Assembly (NCBI GenBank): GCA_026914245.1
Contig: CP110439.1
Location: forward strand, 5,642,001 to 5,706,000
DNA: 64,000 nucleotides
Source of the DNA: Puccinia triticina
Lineage: Eukaryota
Direction of reading: 5' to 3'
Shown: piece by piece, positions 12,777 through 26,000 of the stretch
How positions within the stretch are numbered: position 1 is the stretch's first letter
Layout: the number at the start of each line of letters is the position of its first letter
Translations under genes and position numbers: made by a program
Notes under the pieces: generated by a model
The model's database searches: none
Seen by the model: only the letters and a program-made list of their open reading frames with translations
Told to the model about the DNA's origin: nothing

Positions 12777-14219
12777 ATGTTTTCGAAGCGTCAACGACTA
12801 ACAGCACTCCTTTTCTTCTGCTTTCAATCGGCTCACGACATAGCCCAGCCCACCCCGGCATTGCAAATCAGCTATGAAGCAGATCAAGTATTAGAAGGTA
12901 GTCTCCTCCGTGTCCTCTTTTCCTACATGATACATTCGAAATATACAATCGATTGGGTTCACCGACATTGTCGCTTGAAATACGGAAACCACTTTCTTCA
13001 TAGATTCCCGTCTAGCTGCTATGGATATTCAACACCCTTCGAGTTCTGGAAATAATTTGTCAGGCGTTCTTGGATCTTCACCCCAACCAGGCGCGCTTCC
13101 AGCTGCCCAAAAACGTCAGTAACATGTCTCACCGCGTAGTAACCTAAGCTCAAGAATTGAAAGAAATTGATCGGCTGTGATTAAAATCTGTCAGAGTTAG
13201 GGGTCGCGGTCTCTCCGGAATGGAAACACAGTATGTGTAGAGCATCCCTATCATTTCAACATTTGCACAAATTTCTGAACTGATACTAGAAATACTTGAA
13301 TAAATACCAGTCCAAGAAGCAATCGATGCTGAATTTAACCTTTTGGGCGAACACTTATCAATTCTCAGGAAGCATCTTGAGAAAAATGCTCACACCATCA
13401 GCATGGCGCGCCCGAGTGGGCGGCAAAAAATGCGAAAGCGCAAGAACCAGACGTTGCAGGAAGACCTTGGAGAACTAGCCAAGATTTTGCGCCTAATAGG
13501 ACTTTGCAGGCGAGATTGGCTGTTCAATTTCAATGAGAAGGTGTTGGTGCTTGAACCTCACCTGCCGGCACACGAAACTTCACACGGTCCTACAAGAGAG
13601 TTGGCCAGACTCGAACGAATATTCGAAGAAATAAAGTTCGTGTTCTATTCCGATTAATGTCTGTTGTAACCCTTGAGTTTGAAAAATTGAGATTTCCGAC
13701 CAATTGCGACCTTCTTCTAGATTAACTGAGCCTCCCGAATCCCAGGGTACGAGTTCCACGAAGCCAACAAACACGAAAGACACAGGGGACGCCAGACCAT
13801 ATGATTTTCTTGTAGGGACTTCTCCTGAACCAGGAAGACTGACAGGGGATGTTCTGCATGAGGTTATGGATAAGGTCACATCGGAATGGCTCAAAAGTTT
13901 AAATGATCTGTTGCACAAAATCTTGCCAATTGAACAGGCGCGGAAACTTTTCTCCTTTTCCGTTGGGACAGTTGAAGGTGTGGAGCGCCTTTACCTCCAG
14001 CAGTTGGTGTTCAGAACCGTCGAATGCCTATTCAACAACGGAATGATCCCTCCAGCACATCTCAACAGTTTCTTCAAATTTCAGAATACTAAAGAATTTG
14101 CTGAGATCAATCTCCATGCAGCTCAAGAGATATTCCCGCGTTTTGTGAACCTATACTTGTACCCCTTGTGGCTCCTCGATACGCCGCCGTGGATCCTCGA
14201 TACATGGGGCCGCAGCTGA
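12777..14219 (+). CDS. Lineage-specific candidate secreted protein, 5 exons (12777-12897, 13004-13114, 13195-13230, 13311-13635, 13721-14219)
   Basis: All four GT-AG introns keep the frame open, from MFSKRQRLTALLFFCFQSAHDIA (signal-like) through KMRKRK (NLS-like) to LYLQQLVFRTVECLFNNGMI...GRS*. Confidence 0.65.
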
Positions 14220-14239
14220 ATTTCATTTGTTCAATTTAT

Positions 14240-15802
14240 TTTGTTGATTCAGCTACAAAATCTGCCTTCCCCCTCCCACCCCAAGGCCCGCCGCCCAATG
14301 CACTACAACGCCCCCGTCGACCTAATAACTATCTTGCCTTGCGCGACGGCGCCCGGTTTTATCAAGCCTGTTCGGTACTGATGTCTCTTTCAGCTGTTGA
14401 CGGGCAGATCTATTTTTTTCTTTTCAATTTGCACAATACTTCAAATAATGACACTATATAAAGGTATGAATAATTGTAATGATGCTGAGATTTTCCGCGA
14501 CACCGCCTCCGCTGTGGCGATTCTTTCATTTGTCGTGATTGGGAGGTTCATCCTCAATTTCTCTCCATGTCACAATGGAATTCATTTCCTGTATAATGGT
14601 GTTTTTAATCAGCTCATCGTCCTTGAAGGGCATTTTATAAGAGATCTTATGTGAAGTATATTATATTAAAATTTACGCTTTGTCTCCCACAAAACCAACC
14701 AAGATTTTAATTTTCCTCAAAGTTATTTATAACAGTTTTCGTTAAGCATATTTATCAGAACCAAAAATTAATAAAGATGTATTTACCTCTCAAGGCAATG
14801 TGAGATTTATCATATTTACGTACAAATGCGAAATGAACAAGGATGTAGAATTTTAATAATGGTTGATTCAAAGCCGTTTTGCAAGATATTGAGAGGTCCG
14901 CAACTTTCCCGGTCACCATTGCAGCCTTTCACCAAGGGAGTTATACAATAGGCAAAAAATAAGAAGTACAGAATCTCCAAAAGGCTTGAGATATGATAGA
15001 GGTGATGCATGCAGTATCCTGATTTCAACTGGAGGACTTCCCGTCGATCTGGAAAGTCAGATCTGAGCCACCAGATATCAAATTTCGCAGGGAAATCTGG
15101 GTCCCCGAAGATCCCCGAAGTGATCCAGAGTTCCAGATTCCAGATTTCCCTGCGAAATCTGAAATTCCAGATCTGTTCAAAAGTGACGGGAAGTCCTCCA
15201 CTCTTGATATAAATCTGAGCCACATGTTCCACCAATCCTCCATCAATCCAGCAGATATGATTTTATTTTCCACAAAAAAGATGTAAGCAAGCTTTCAAAA
15301 ACTAAATCCTTCAGTTGAGTAAATTCATGGCAAATATATACGGCAGATAGATATACAGAGTCCAATTGGAGAACTGGTATGCACTATGGTAAGAATCAAG
15401 CTTGAGGTGGGAGAAGTTTTTCAGAAGATTATAGAGGCTTGTCAAGAAAGATTTGTTTGGAATTAAGCTGATTAGTTTGAAGGCTTGGCCATGTCTGCTA
15501 AACCCACAGAATCTGAGTTGTCTGGGCCTGAAAATCCTATTTCCAAATAAAATTTCCTGATTATAAATCAAACCCGGGACTGTGCAACAGTCACTTGCCA
15601 GAGAGGGCCTCAGGATCAAGCAGTTTTCTATTTTTCTTGAACCTTCCGCTTTACTTTTCAGATTTTCTACATCCATCCCTTGCGGAGTCCGATCAATTGG
15701 AGAGGCGTGAATGAATTCAAAAAGACCGAATGCTATATGCATATGCAGCAAAAGTCACAGGTGGCGGAGTTCAGGTGGCGTCGGTGACATGGCGGGTGAC
15801 AT
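14240..15802 (-). pseudogene. Decayed secreted-protein gene, MITE-disrupted
   Basis: MSPAMSPTPPELRHL*LLLHMHIAFGLFEFIHASPIDR has an in-frame TGA (15755-15757) just before the hydrophobic segment. A later exon-like frame (KMPFKDDELIKNTIIQEMNSIVTWREIEDEPPNHDK*) also has a stop. A MITE sits at 15030-15200. The 3' end is approximate. Confidence 0.45.
15030..15200. mobile_element. ~170-bp MITE
   Basis: 16-bp perfect TIR TGGAGGACTTCCCGTC / GACGGGAAGTCCTCCA. The interior is made of short GATCTG/GAAATC/GATTTC repeats. TSD not resolved. Confidence 0.65.
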
Positions 15803-15997
15803 CCAAGGGGTGCTGATCGCGTTTTCCCTCAAGGTCAGTGACGGATCGACACCCACCCGACATATCAGTTCACGGCCAACGCAATCGACTTTCCAGTTTC
15901 CTCGCGGACCGAATAAATTGAATATCAAGCATCGATCCACTACATACACACTTTTATCCCAACAGAGTACCTTGGAATTCTCGGCTGTTGTGAAACT

Positions 15998-18900
15998 ATG
16001 GTCAGCTATCTCAGGTTGCGATCGATCCTACCAATCAAATTATAATGTTTCCCTCCAAAGCTATGCAGTCTGACTTAACTTCCCTCGATCGGCTCATTGA
16101 TGTAGGACCAATACGGTAAGCATTCTCGAAAAGGCCTAGTTCGTAGTTCTATGAGTTGACGTCGCTATGTATCTCTTCGATCGTTCGATTTTGGCCGACT
16201 GTTTCGACGCGCCAAGATGAATGGGGGAACTTCATTGGGTGAGTATTGGACCAGAAATTTGATCGGGGGGTTTGTTAATACTAAAGTATTCTTGGTGTTT
16301 AGAGACCTTTCCGATGAATCCGACCGAGGTAGCGAATCCAATGAGAATGATAGGCACTCACCCACTGTCGAGCCATTGGCAGCTTTGCCCGAGCCGGAAG
16401 ATGTCAACGACATGGAAGTGGATCGTTCGTGTTTCTACTTTGATATTCCTTGCTTTCTGTCTAGTTCAATCTCGTCGCTGGCAGCTGATCGAGCTTCTCT
16501 GAAATGATCTGTACCATTAGATGTAGGTTCAAGTAATGCAGTTGTGCTACACGACGACAAGAAATACTATCCTCTTGCTTCGGGTCGGTTCGAATTCGTG
16601 TCTCCGTGCTAGTTTTATTTCTAGACTGAGCTTGGATTTGTATGATGTGTTGTGGCATTCGATAGAACTGTATGGCCCCGATGTCGAAACCATGGTTGAG
16701 GAAGAAGATGCGCAGCCCCTTACCGAGCCAATCATCAACCCCATCAAAGTTCGGAAATTTACCATTGTTGAAAAGGGCGAAGCCGTACCCGAAACGACGT
16801 TCTCGAAGCAGTTGAGTTTACTTTCACACTTAAAAAGGACGAACACCCCCATTAATGATGCTTCAACTTCTCGCCATCAAAACATTAAGATTCATGGCTG
16901 ATCTCATGAGCCATCCTGAATCTGTCCGCAACGTTGCTGTCGTAGGCCATCTGCACCACGGCAAAACAGCCCTACTGGATATGCTCGTCCATGAAACACA
17001 TGATTTTGAATGGGATACAAGTAAACCTGTAAGAAATGAGTCACAACTCTATCTGTCAAACCCTTCTGCTGATGGCGGCTTACTTTGGCGTGTCCCTAGT
17101 TGCTCTACACAGATACTCACATTCTTGAACAACAGCGTGGAATCTCACTCAAGTCCTCGCCGATGTCATTTGTCCTTCAAAACTCCAAACAAAAATCATT
17201 TTTGGTCAATATGATCGATACTCCCGGACACGTGAATTTTTTGGATGAAGTTACAAACTCTTTACGTCTGGTAGATGGGGCAATTCTTGTAGTTGATGCC
17301 GTTGAAGGTGTAAGCTTCATAAGCTCTAACTAGATAGCAATCACAGAACTCCAGTACTGATTGAAGGTTGACATTCTTCGGTGATGCAGGTCCTTGTAAG
17401 CACCGACAAGATAATCAGACATCTAGTGCAGGAAGGAATTCCAATCGTTCTCGTTGTGAACAAGGTTGATCGGCTGATTTTGGAACTTCGGCTCCCTCCT
17501 GCTGATGCTTATTACAAATTGAAACACACAATTGAAGAAGTCAATACTGTCATCTCAAGCTGCAACCCAGACCCTATTCATCGAGTCTCGCCTGAGCTAG
17601 GCAACGTTGGATTTGCATCCACGGAGATGGGATGGTGTTTCAACCTTACCAGCTTTGCAAAGATGTATCGTGATACATTCTGCACTAGCAAGAAGGATTT
17701 GTTTGATATTACCGCCTTTGCAAAACGTCTATGGGGCAACGTCTGGTATCTTCCTGAGCAGCGGAAATTCGTCAAGCGTAATGTGGGTGGGGAGTGCAAG
17801 CGGACATTTGACCATTTCATCTTGGAGCCACTTTACAAACTTTACGGACAAGTACGTGGCTGCATGAATCTCTAGCTCCCTAATACAATCAATTCAGCTC
17901 CTAATAAGATTTTACATTAGGTTTTAGGCTCAGAACAAGGCCCTCTGAAGGAGACACTGGCGGATCTCGGAATTTATCTCAAGCCCTCTGCGTACAAACT
18001 CGACGTCCGACCGCTTCTAAGAATCGTACTTTCGCAGTTTTTCGGCCCTTCCACTGGCTTGGTTGACATGATTGCATCACATGTTCCAAATCCCCAAGAG
18101 TCGGCCGCTGCCAAGTTAAAGTCGAATTACACTGGACCTCTCGACTCACCCCTTGCACAACACATCGCAAAGGCTGACCCTGCTGGGCCCTTGGTAATCC
18201 AAATAACGAAGCTTTATCCAACTCACGATGCCAATGAATTTAGGTCATTTGGTAGGGTTCTTAGTGGGGTCGCTCGTGCCGGTGTCAAGGTCAAAGTTTT
18301 AGGTGAAGGCTACTCTGTAGATGACGAGGAGGACATGGTGGAGGCTCTCATTGAAAGAGTTTTTATCTTTGAATCTAGGTACATCTTTCTCTGGAAAATC
18401 TCTTACCTCAGTTTCAATGTTACTAATTCTTTACGTTTCTTTTAGATATTCTGTGGAGACAAGTGGTGTGCCTGCGGGGAATCTTTGCCTGATCTCTGGC
18501 ATTGATAATTCGATTACAAAAACGGCCACCGTTGTTGAGAGCGCATATACCCGTCCAGGCGGTCCAGGCGAAGGCGAGAATCTTCATATTTTCAAACCAA
18601 TTTCTCACTTAACCAAGTCGGTCCTCAAAATTGCGGTCGAACCTCTGAATCCATCCGAGCTTCCCAAGTTGTTGGAGGGATTACGAAAAGTGAACAAAAC
18701 TTATCCCTTGGTCGAAATCAAAGTCGAAGAGTCCGGTGAACACGTCATCATTGGAACGGGTGAAATTTATCTGGATTGCTGCTTGTTTGATCTGAGAGAA
18801 ATCTTCTCCGAAATCGAGATTAAGGTTTCAGACCCAGTGGTCAAGTTTTGTGAAACTGTTGTGGATACCTCGGTCATTAAATGTTATGCTGAAACACCGA

Positions 18901-20243
18901 ACAAAAAGTGGGTAGCCCAGTTTCCTTGTCACGTGAGGATTTTGAAAAACACTCCTGCTAACATCTTTGACGGGCAAGTAAAGGAACAAACTCACGATGA
19001 TTGCCGAGCCTCTAGAGAAAGGGATCGCGGAGGAAATCGAAACCGGGAAGATAAACATCCGAATGCCTGCGAAAACCCTGAGTCAACACTTCATGAATAA
19101 CTACCAATGGGATCTTCTAGCATCTCGATCCATTTGGGCTTTTGGCCCTGAGATCGATGGCGGCGGCACCAACATTTTGGTCAACGACACGCTGCCAACC
19201 GAAGTTGACAAGAAGCTTTTGTTTAGCGTTAAGGAGAGCATCAAACAGGGTTTCCAGTGGGCAACCCGGGAAGGGCCCATTTGCGATGAACGTTCGTAAT
19301 CTCTTAACCCCTCCGCTGCCACGAGTCTTGACTGACCCACGTACGTCTCGATGAATAGCAATTCGAAATGTGAAATTTAAGTTGCTGGACGCTACTCTGG
19401 CTGATGAACCGATCTATCGTGGTGGCGGTCAGATTATTCCAACTGCGCGACGGGTTTGCTACTCGTCCTTCATGATGGTTTGTTCGATCAGTAATAAGTT
19501 TCTTTCGAAATAAAAAAGCATGAATTGCTGATGCTATGAACTAAATTACAGGCAACCCCAAGATTGATGGAGCCAGTTTACTACATCGAAGTGCAAGCCC
19601 CGGCGGATTGTGTTCCTGCAGTTTATCTTGTTCTTGCCCGTCGAAGAGGTAAGAGACAAATATCCGTCAACACTTTGCGTGGGCGTCATGATTTTAATGA
19701 TACTACTATGTTGCTTCTCGTAATATTTAGGACATGTCACCCAAGACATCCCCAAGCCAGGCTCCCCTCTGTATACTGTCAAAGCCTACATTCCAGTTAT
19801 CGATGCCAATGGGTTTGAAACCGATCTGCGAACTCACACGCAAGGCCAAAGCTTTTGTATGCAAACATTTGATCACTGGTCGATTGTTCCTGGAGACCCC
19901 ACGGACAAGTCAATCACTCTCCGGCCATTGGAACCTGCATCTGCTCAAGCCCTGTGAGTTATCCACATGCTGTCTTCGCGAACTCGGAAGAGGACGAATG
20001 ACACTCATCCCGAACCGTCTGCGTGTATGTCCGTTCCAGTGCTCGCGATGTCGCACTCAAAACAAGACGGCGGAAAGGGCTCGGAGATAACATGTCGGTT
20101 GCCAAAGTAAGGGAATGCTCTTCCTCATTCTCAAAGCGCACACTATGTTTAACTCATCATCATCTTACTGTTACATTTAGTATATCGAGGCAGATCTGGT
20201 TGCCGCCTTGATTGCCGCGGGCCAAGAGAACTTGTTGGGATGA
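15998..20243 (+). CDS. SNU114: U5 snRNP 116-kDa EF-2-like GTPase, many exons
   Basis: Spliced [18 protein letters not shown]..., [111 protein letters not shown]. Stop at 20241-20243. Confidence 0.96.
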
Positions 20244-20957
20244 GGAAAAGCCGGCTTGATTTTCCTGTGGACTCATCCGCTGACGAATTCCTCATGAATC
20301 TGAAAGGTAACCCGTATGACATATATACCATGCACTGTACATATGGACACATGTTTTTACTTTTAACTGTGGTGTATGTTCATGTCGCTCGCCTGCAATT
20401 GTCCCCAAGCATCTCCACTGATAGCATCGTTCTTCGTGAAAACTCGGATGTACTGCCCCATGTAGTTCTCAGAGCACACAGTTGGGAATTATGATTGCCA
20501 TGTCACGGAAGCCTCTACTCCAGTATAAAAAAAGTAGTCGTACTTATTTGAGCAGAGGTGTAGCTTGTAAGGTCAAGATTATGAAATAACGAAACGGTAG
20601 CATAGCAAATATGGAAGTTGATAAAAATGAAGAAAAGGTGATGAGGCCTGGGGAAAAGTACATAGATGGAACCAGAAGCCCGAACACACTCTTTGTTGTT
20701 TACCCCTCGGGCTTGGTCAATGCATAATCTGAATCTGGGGGATCCCCTACGACCTAACTGTATCACAGCCTATGGGTGCCAATGAGAGGACCAATCCACC
20801 ATCTTGAGATGAGGTCTTGCTTAATGCAACGTGGCGTGGCGCGCTGAGGAGGATTCTCGGCGCGCTCGCTGACACGGGGTACCCTGCGGGGATTCGTGAG
20901 GGGGTAGGGTTTGACTTGCACATTGCCCACCGATTTTGAGATAAACCAGCTCTCGAA

Positions 20958-22110
20958 ATGCCGACCAACGCTGCCTCCGGCTCATGGTGCACCATCAATC
21001 TCATCCGACCAGCAGCTGACTCCACACAACGAACGACAACTCCCTGCGAAGAATACCAGCGCAAAACAAGTACCGACCCGACAACTGGGGCGATCCAAGA
21101 AACCGTGACGATTGAATCCCAAGACGCCAGTCCGTTCGAGATTTCCTTCCACATCAAACCAACAACCTACTCATCCATCCATCAAGCAGCTACCAACAGC
21201 AATAAGCCTCAATCAGCAAAAAACAATAATCTGCAATCACTTGCACACGACGACTATGTTATCGACGTCTACTTAGATGGGATTGGCGTAGGAAGCACTA
21301 CCATCCACAAATCAGATCCATTCCCTGATTCTATTGATAAAATTGTCATTGGACAAAGCTTATGTCGATTGCTTCAGTTTGCCCCGGTTAATCTAGTCGA
21401 TCCAGATGACCATCAAAACTCGGATGATAATGATAATATTTGTGAAGATAAGAAAGTGATCATGTCACTTGGTACCATTCAGTTCGATGTTACCCGATGT
21501 GTTGCCGTCCTTGAACAGAGTAGACCTTTTACCAACGAAGATGGAATTCAAACTACTAATCAGATGAACTTTTCCGAACGTTTCAAGAAAGCTTGTCTTG
21601 CGACCACTGCTGGCTTGGGTCAACCACAAGTTAATCAACTGTATCCTGAGACGGAGTGGCGTGCCACGAATGCCGACCCGAAACCATTCCTACAAGTTGG
21701 TTTTAAATATTATTCATTTCTCATCCCCTTTGTTCTTATCTTATTTTTTTGAGCTAACTCCTGATGGTTTTCCGTGAACCCAGTTTATTTTTAGATATAA
21801 ACCGCGTGCAATCTTAGAATCAGAAGGAAAAATCACACCAACTGTTCAAGAAGTTGCAGCCAAGACAGAACAAGGAAACAAAATCAAGACAGATATTGAG
21901 AAGAACAAGAACAAGAACAGAATGAAGAATGAGCATGCTGACCAGAAGAGTGGTCAAAAAGAAGATAGAAAGCCCAAGATGATTGATTTGACAAGATCTG
22001 ACAAAAATGAAAATCAAAAGCCCAAGATAATTGATTTGACAGGGTCTGACAAACCTATGGACAAAAATTCCAATTTCATTGATCTGACGGGGTCTGACAT
22101 TAGTGATTAA
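20958..22110 (+). CDS. DUF7918-like fungal protein with a C-terminal triple IDLT repeat; one intron 21696-21783
   Basis: TIESQDASPFEI..VIDVYLDG..RLLQFA..SLGTIQFDVTRC..SERFKKA..PFLQ|FIFRYKPRAILESEG resembles the DUF7918 pattern (by eye). Exon 2 continues in frame to MIDLT/IIDLT/FIDLT...ISD*. Confidence 0.7.
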
Positions 22111-23037
22111 TGACTTTAGGCTTGTTGTCTCTTCTCTCAGCCTACCTTTGTCTCTATTCCCATTGAACATCAGCCTTTGATCATGCCCATACAGACCCAA
22201 CATTTTACATACATCCAACAATCACCTCTGGAAACATCCATCTCTATTCCACAATTCCTGATTTTTTGATTTGAAGGCCCTCTTTCTTATGAAATGTTGC
22301 CCAATGGCAATACTACATCTTGTTGGAATTCCATCATGTCCCAGTCACCTTTTCTTGTTTCCTGTGCCTGGCACTCCTTTTTCTCCCAACAGATTGCATA
22401 TGCGTAGTTGACCTTCTGTCACAAGAATTGAAGCTGCTGAAAATAGATTGCTTTATTTTAAGGGGGTTAATAAACGTACCCAGGTATTTCCGCGTGTGTA
22501 CCCGGTTTTTGCGTACCCCCTTTTCCGCGTGCGTACTTGTTTTTTTTCTACTCATTTCTACGCAACGCAAATAATACCAAAATTCATCTAAAATGATGAA
22601 CATAATCATCATGCAATCAAAATTGCAAAAAACTCAATTTCCAATTGATTAACTAATTTGTACCCGCTTTTCTGGGGTAAATACTAAGGGGATAACTTTT
22701 TTGTTACATGCCCCAGCCGCACAAAAATTTCAGGGCACTTTCAATTGTGAATATTCTACATTCCCTGAAAATTTTAGGATTTTCAGGGAGTGTGCGGTGG
22801 GCTTAGTAGGAAAATTCCTGCTAACTATATAACTTTTTTGTTACATTTCCAAACAAGCTAAAAATTTCAGGAATATTTAAAATCTGTATAATCTCTGTGT
22901 CCTGAAATTTTCAGCAATGGGGTGGCATAAAACCATGAGATATAAGGGGTGTGCGGCAGTCTTAAGGGCAAAAATCCGGCAAATTGAATAGCTTTTTTTT
23001 TACATATCACAGCAGTCTAAAAACATGAGTGAATGCA

Positions 23038-26000
23038 TGTAAAACCCCCGCCTCGCGGGTTTCACAACACCTTTCACAAGACTCAATTTGGTCTACATAG
23101 CTTGTCCTTTCTCCCTCTCCTAGCTCAGCAGACACCCGGCCCCAACTGACTTGTCTCCCTGAGCTAGGTATGTTCCTTTTCTCTATCTTTCTTCTTTTCC
23201 TCTCCTCAGTTGTACACAGGAGACACCCGGCCCCAACTGACTTGTCTCCCTGAGCTAGATGCAATAAAGACCCCAACGTTGGCATCATAACCCCTTGAGA
23301 CTCTTGTCTCCTCTGAGTGCCAGCGCCTAGCCCAGTGAAGAGCTTTGACTCTTACACTTTTTTTTTCTGATCCCAACAAAGGATTTTTTTTTCTTAACTC
23401 ACTCCGAACTTGATTGAAACAGACCCGCTCGACTGACAACGGGATCTTGACTACTCCGTTGTGTGGACTACACGAACTACACGAACTCACAAACTGCCCT
23501 CACCTCCTTTTTCTTCGACGGAACGACTGGGGGATTGACAACTGATCACTCATCAGCCCCTTGTCCTTTTGTTTGCTCAAACATCTGGCCGGAACGACCG
23601 CCAAGCAATCCACGTGCCGGTACGATGCTTGCCACCCAGGCAACTCACAGGCATGAAGAGAGGATCCAACACCTGGAGGACGTGGTACAGTTCCTTTTGT
23701 TGAAGGCAGACCCCGTCCAAGTTCCAGTCGCTCCAGCAGCCTCACCTAACGTTGATAGGTTCCGATACTTGACCGGTCGAGGGCTTGAGCCTATTGTATC
23801 CGAGGAGACAGCGCGGTCCTTGATAGCCGGCTGGCAATGTGGACGACTAAGATGTCCGGGAGAGAATTCACCTTCCCCTGCAGCATGCCCCACCACCTTT
23901 GCCAGCGATAACACCAGTCTCCCCGTGACAACTCTCGCCTCAAGCTCCCCTCAGGCAGAATTGTGGCAGCCCCAACCGACCCTTCCTCCTCGACCACGGG
24001 CCACCACCCTGACGCTTATCCACCCGCACTCGGAGGCCCAGCCAGCACACTCCACGCCGGCCTCCTCAGCGTCCTGGCCCTTGCCACCCCCCCTTGCAAA
24101 CGGCCAGCCCCGCCGGACCAGCCCGTCCTCTTTGCCTCCCCCCAGGCCGTTGAACGCCGCTGCAGCATGGACAAGCCGCTCGGCACCAATCTTCCCAGGC
24201 TTGGGCTCGCCCAACTCGACTACCACAACGCCCTCGCCATCCTCCCCACCGACCTCCGCCTTTCCACCCAGCTCAGCCACCTTGCCGCCGCCAAACTCCG
24301 CCCGCTCCTCAAGCCCTTTGGACCCCACGTCCAGCCCAGCCTCACCTCCACCGCTACACCACACTCGCCGCAGCCCAACTCCTCCTCCAGCCAGAAGCTC
24401 CAAGCCCATTCTCGCCTGCACATTCAAACCACCCCCGGGCACTCGCGCGACATCCCAAGCGCCAGCTGCCCAACCAGACCGGAATCACCCCGCCGGCGCC
24501 AATCACAGCGTAGAGCCCACCAAGACCACCCAGCCGACCGATCCGGCCGATCGCCCCGCTCCAATACCGCACCCTCTCCTCCCTGGCCCAACCCTCGAGC
24601 AGCCTGAGCTCCCACCGGACCACCGACGAGCTCAGCAGCCAGCCCCCGCCTCTTCCCTCACACAACCCCCACCTCTTCCCTCACAAGCACCAACACCTCC
24701 CACTCCGCCAGCCTCTCCACCAACCGGCCAGCCCTCTCAACCCCTCGCAAGCGCAGGAGCCTTGATCAGCTTGCGCGCGCCCTTGCCTCCCCTCCATCCC
24801 CTTGCCAACCCAGCCCCCATCGAGAAAGGCCAGCCCAGCCTCCCCGCGCCCCGCGAACCCCTCAATGAAGTCCCTGGTTCTTCACCGCCAGAGATCCTCC
24901 CAGCTTCCGGATTTACCCCCAGGCATGCACAAGCCCAACCACCCTGCCCGTCCAGCCTAACTATGTCCTCCCGCCCCGCGCTGGCCTCTCCACCTCACTT
25001 GCCCTCCTGCTCCCCGCACAACTTGCACCATTCTCCGTCAGCTCCTGCGACCTCCGGCACACACTCGGTCGCACCCTCTGCCTTCAGCACCCTCTCCTCT
25101 CCATCCACCCTGGCTATCGCAACCATCACGGCCCCAGCAGACTCCTGCTCTGTTGATGAAGAATACCGCAAGGCCCACAATGAAGCTCTTGACGCGTTTA
25201 ACGACGAGCAAGAAAGACTTTACAGCTTACGGTGCCCTGCCCGTCCCAACTGCCTTACCCACCTCACTGCGCTGCCACCCGCCCAACCTGAATGTTATGA
25301 GACAGTTGCAATAGGATCCATCACAGTCCTCAACAACAAAGACATTCCGCTTGACTCCCAACTTGCCCCAGACTTCTCCCCCTCGACCCAGCATTACTAC
25401 AACAACATCGATAAATACCTCAAACTCCTTGCAGAATACAAAGCAGACAAATTGCGCAACGCAGAAGCTGTGATGAACCCGTCCCCCTCTAGCATTGCTG
25501 ATTTACCAGCTGCCCCATCTACCAGCACTTCAAACTCCTCAAAGAAAAATAAGAAGAAGAAGAAGAAGAAACTTTGACTTCCCCCAACACTGCTTCATTC
25601 CACAAAAGTTTCCCCTATTGAGAACCATGCCGACACATCAAGATTTTCTCCCACCCTTCCATTTCTTCCATCCTCCTACCACAATCCTGCCATTTCCATC
25701 CCTCATAACCTCTCACTCTATTTCCTCCTCCCTTCTCTCCTTGTTACACTCCAAAAATTCTCAACATTGACAACTTTAACCTGCTTCTCCACAAACTCTT
25801 CCAGTAGACCATTGGCAACCTCAAGTACCTATCAACTTACTCAGTCTACTAGTTATACTTCTTTTCTTTTATAGGAGGGGAGACTGTAAAACCCCCGCCT
25901 TGCGGGTTTCACAACACCTTTCACAAGACTTAATTTGGTCTACATAGCTTGTCCTTTCTCCCTCTCCTAGCTCAGCAGACACCCGGCCCCAACTGACTTG

